64,000 nt of DNA. Origin: Podarcis muralis (lineage: Eukaryota). The notes beneath the pieces are model-generated. The model searched no databases and had not been told where the DNA came from. It saw only the letters and a list, made by a program, of their open reading frames with translations. Numbering within the stretch: the first letter of the stretch is position 1; every line of letters starts with the position of its first letter. The position numbers were made by a program, and so were the translations under genes. Positions 63,826 through 64,000 of this stretch are shown here, piece after piece. The stretch spans positions 20,460,001 to 20,524,000 of the forward strand of contig NC_135663.1 in NCBI RefSeq assembly GCF_964188315.1. Direction: 5' to 3'.

Positions 63826-64000
63826 CAAGAGGTTGAAGGGAAAAGTAAGCCCTGATATGTTGCTGAAATATATCGCTGGTGAAATCATTGTAGTGGGCTG
63901 AGGAGAAATCAGTACTTGGGTTGCCAGTGCACACTGGTGTGTGCAGATCCTTACCATCAAGTTGACCAGATTACAGAAATGAAAATCAAAAATCAAATGA

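Noticed and set aside
1-64000. CRISPR arrays, rRNA, prokaryotic operons or an autonomous transposase
   Set aside because: None seen. The sequence is vertebrate and all DNA transposons here are non-autonomous.

Overview
Vertebrate (not prokaryotic) genomic DNA. The Sauria SINE, BovB and hAT/mariner MITE content points to a squamate, most likely a lacertid lizard (inference). The window is AT-rich, repeat-dense and almost entirely intronic or intergenic. Host features I can support are (i) a CpG-island promoter with non-coding first exon(s) of an unidentified minus-strand gene at about 680-1135, and (ii) one clean 131-nt minus-strand coding exon at 28535-28665 encoding two SHIPPO/PGP repeats, best matching from memory the C-terminal part of STPG2. 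Other features are 7 Sauria SINEs, other tRNA SINEs, L2/CR1/RTE/BovB fragments, three solo-LTR-like elements and many DNA-transposon MITEs. The standout observation is that the second apparent CpG-island gene start (about 46900-47900) is not a local gene. It lies inside a 1429-bp hAT element with perfect 15-bp TIRs and a perfect 8-bp TSD. This non-autonomous hAT appears to have captured a host promoter (ZNF143-type motif), a first coding exon with its splice donor, and part of intron 1 (Pack-TE-like transduplication). A second hAT (60667-61615) also carries cargo (an LTR), and a short cargo-free relative is present at 37135-37459. No CRISPR, rRNA or true tRNA genes were seen. All family and gene names are from recall, not database searches.
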